Of a stretch of DNA of 64,000 bases, positions 62,201 to 64,000 are shown one piece after another (within the stretch, counting starts at the first letter, position 1; each line of letters starts with the position of its first letter). This DNA is from Elsinoe ampelina (lineage: Eukaryota): the NCBI GenBank assembly GCA_010093995.1, contig ML992502.1, forward strand, positions 1,584,312 through 1,648,311. The letters are read 5' to 3'. A program made the translations under genes and the position numbers. A model generated the notes under the pieces. That model had not been told where the DNA came from. It ran no database searches and saw nothing but the letters and a program-made list of their open reading frames with translations.

Positions 62201-64000
62201 CCTCAAGTAGCCGAGGTCATGCTCACGCTCGCAATCGAGAAAGCGCCATCAACCTCATACGGCGGACAGACACTGTCAAAGCGAGTGCCGAGACCAGCAC
62301 CGACTCCGCAAATGCCGTCGGTAGAGTGGACATTCCTATGAGTGGCAGAGCGACGCCGAGCACAGTGACACCAATGGGTCATTCTCCGAACAGCAAAGGC
62401 CCATTCTCGTATGATGGAAACGATCCTACGGTCCAGAAATACCTGGAAGGCATGTACACAACGAATTTCGCGCTTGACTTGGCAGAGTTCAGTCCTCGAA
62501 TCACTCCAGTCAAGAAGATTCAAATAGCAAATTCGACAGGTCACGATGCTTCGGGAAGGTGGAAGCCCCAGGGACTGCTCGTAGCTGCTGTAGGAGAGCA
62601 TACTGCCGAAATCACTTGCATTGCCGTCTCTCCCGATCATGTCTTCTTCGTCACAGGGTCAGCTGATGGAACAGCACGAATCTGGGATGTGTCAAGACTG
62701 GAGCGGAACATCACCCATCGTGCTCGACAGGTTCATCGACACCGTAGTGGAGCAGCTATCACGGCTCTTTGCTTTGTTGAGAGCAGTCATTGTTTTGTAA
62801 GCGCCGCCGCGGACGGCAGTGTCAACGTGGTCAAAGTAGACGTAAGCGAGTCCGCCGGTACAACGAGATACGGCAAGCTCCAGATCTTGCGCGATTGGAT
62901 GATCCCGCAGACAAGTCCAGAAGATGACACAGACCCGGAGCATGCTATCAGTCTGGACCATTTCCGCGAGAACACCCAGTCACAATGCCACATCCTCACG
63001 TCCAAGTCTCGCATCATGAACATCGATCTTCGCCTCATGACCATCTTGTACGAATTCGCGAATCCGATATCTCACGGCACACCGACTGCCTTCACCATTC
63101 ACCGCCGCAAACAGTGGCTCCTCATCGGCACATCCCACGGCGTCCTCGACCTCTGGGACCTCCGCTTCCACCTCCGTCTCCGCTCATGGTCCTTCCGCGA
63201 CCCCGCCCCGATCACCAAACTAGCCATGCACCCTGGCCGCCGCAACACGCACAAGATGCGCGTCTGTATCGCCGGCGGCACCAGCCCAGGCCACGTCAGC
63301 ATCTGGGACATTGAAAAACCCACCTGTCTCGAGGTCTACGCCGTCCCCACCACCACGTCCCCCGACCCCGAGAAACTCTCCGCCCGCGACCTCACCCTCG
63401 TCCCCCTCGACGACGACCACGACACCACCCACCTCGACCGCTTCATCCACCCCGGCTCCCCCACCCCTTCCTCCCCTCCCTCCGCGCCCCTGCGGCTATC
63501 GTCCAAAACCCATCTCCCCTCCTCCATCCACGACTTTATCATCCAAATGCACCACCCTTCTCCCACGGACACCTCCCTCCCCGCCTCCGAAGCGCGGCAC
63601 CACTTCCTCCTCACCGCCGGACCAGAATGGAAGACCCGCTTCTGGGACCCCGAGAAACTCTCCGCAAGCAGCGTGGTCAACTCGGGCGCGATCGAGGGCT
63701 TCAGCGCCGCCACAGACGGGGAGGGGATGCGCGTCTCCGCTGAAAGAGTCGGGGCTGAGACGAGGGCGTATGTCGACTTGGCTGTGGAGAAGGAAGGGAA
63801 GGAGAAAGACAGGGGGAGCGCGGGGACGAGCGCGGCGGGGAGCGTGGCGAGTTCGCCGGCGAAGAGGAGGGGGGTGGAGAGGGGGTTGAGCGCGGCTGGG
63901 TCGGCGGTGGGCCGGGAGAAGGAGAAAGTGGGGAGGTACGATGTTATACGTAACTCGGCGCAGTATTTGCTTCGGGGGCATCGGGATGAGATCACGGCTG
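59239..64000 (+). CDS. VPS15: PI3-kinase regulatory subunit Vps15 (kinase, HEAT, WD40), truncated by the window end
   Basis: MG myristoylation start, [51 protein letters not shown], WD40 repeats; frame open to 64000. Confidence 0.95.
   Translation, partial: [1587 protein letters not shown]

Noticed and set aside
1..64000. tRNA, rRNA, CRISPR, intact transposon or secondary-metabolite backbone genes
   Set aside because: None recognised by eye; a tRNAscan/Infernal run would be needed to exclude small RNAs.

Overview
Gene-dense eukaryotic DNA from a filamentous ascomycete (short GT-AG introns with CTRAC/CTAAC branch points; probably a Dothideomycete, not identifiable further by eye). It holds about 31 genes, mostly housekeeping (SYF1, VMA8, U1A, GEA2/GBF1, ANP1, MTR3, CCA1, TRS85, GCN3, SreA, TVP15, DAO, RKI1, ULA1, GUA1, partial VPS15), plus a divergent GH28/GH53 pectinase pair, GH125, two MFS transporters, an FMO, tandem F-box genes, a small Cys-rich secreted protein and a decayed NLR-like gene. 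Top findings: (1) intron 1 of the U1A gene begins with a U1 snRNA stem-loop II mimic (8-bp stem, C-G closing pair, 10-nt AUUGCAC loop) that buries its own 5' splice site, a candidate splicing-level autoregulation circuit; (2) an in-frame CCA-adding enzyme/Tti2-like fusion; (3) repeated ~1 kb C-rich to G-rich skew-switch domains independent of gene direction; (4) a strongly over-represented CTGGTAG/CTACCAG non-coding motif, often in hairpins; (5) a PNP_UDP/degenerate NB-ARC/TM gene and an SDR relic. Gene names come from motif recognition, with no database search. Exon boundaries were read by hand.
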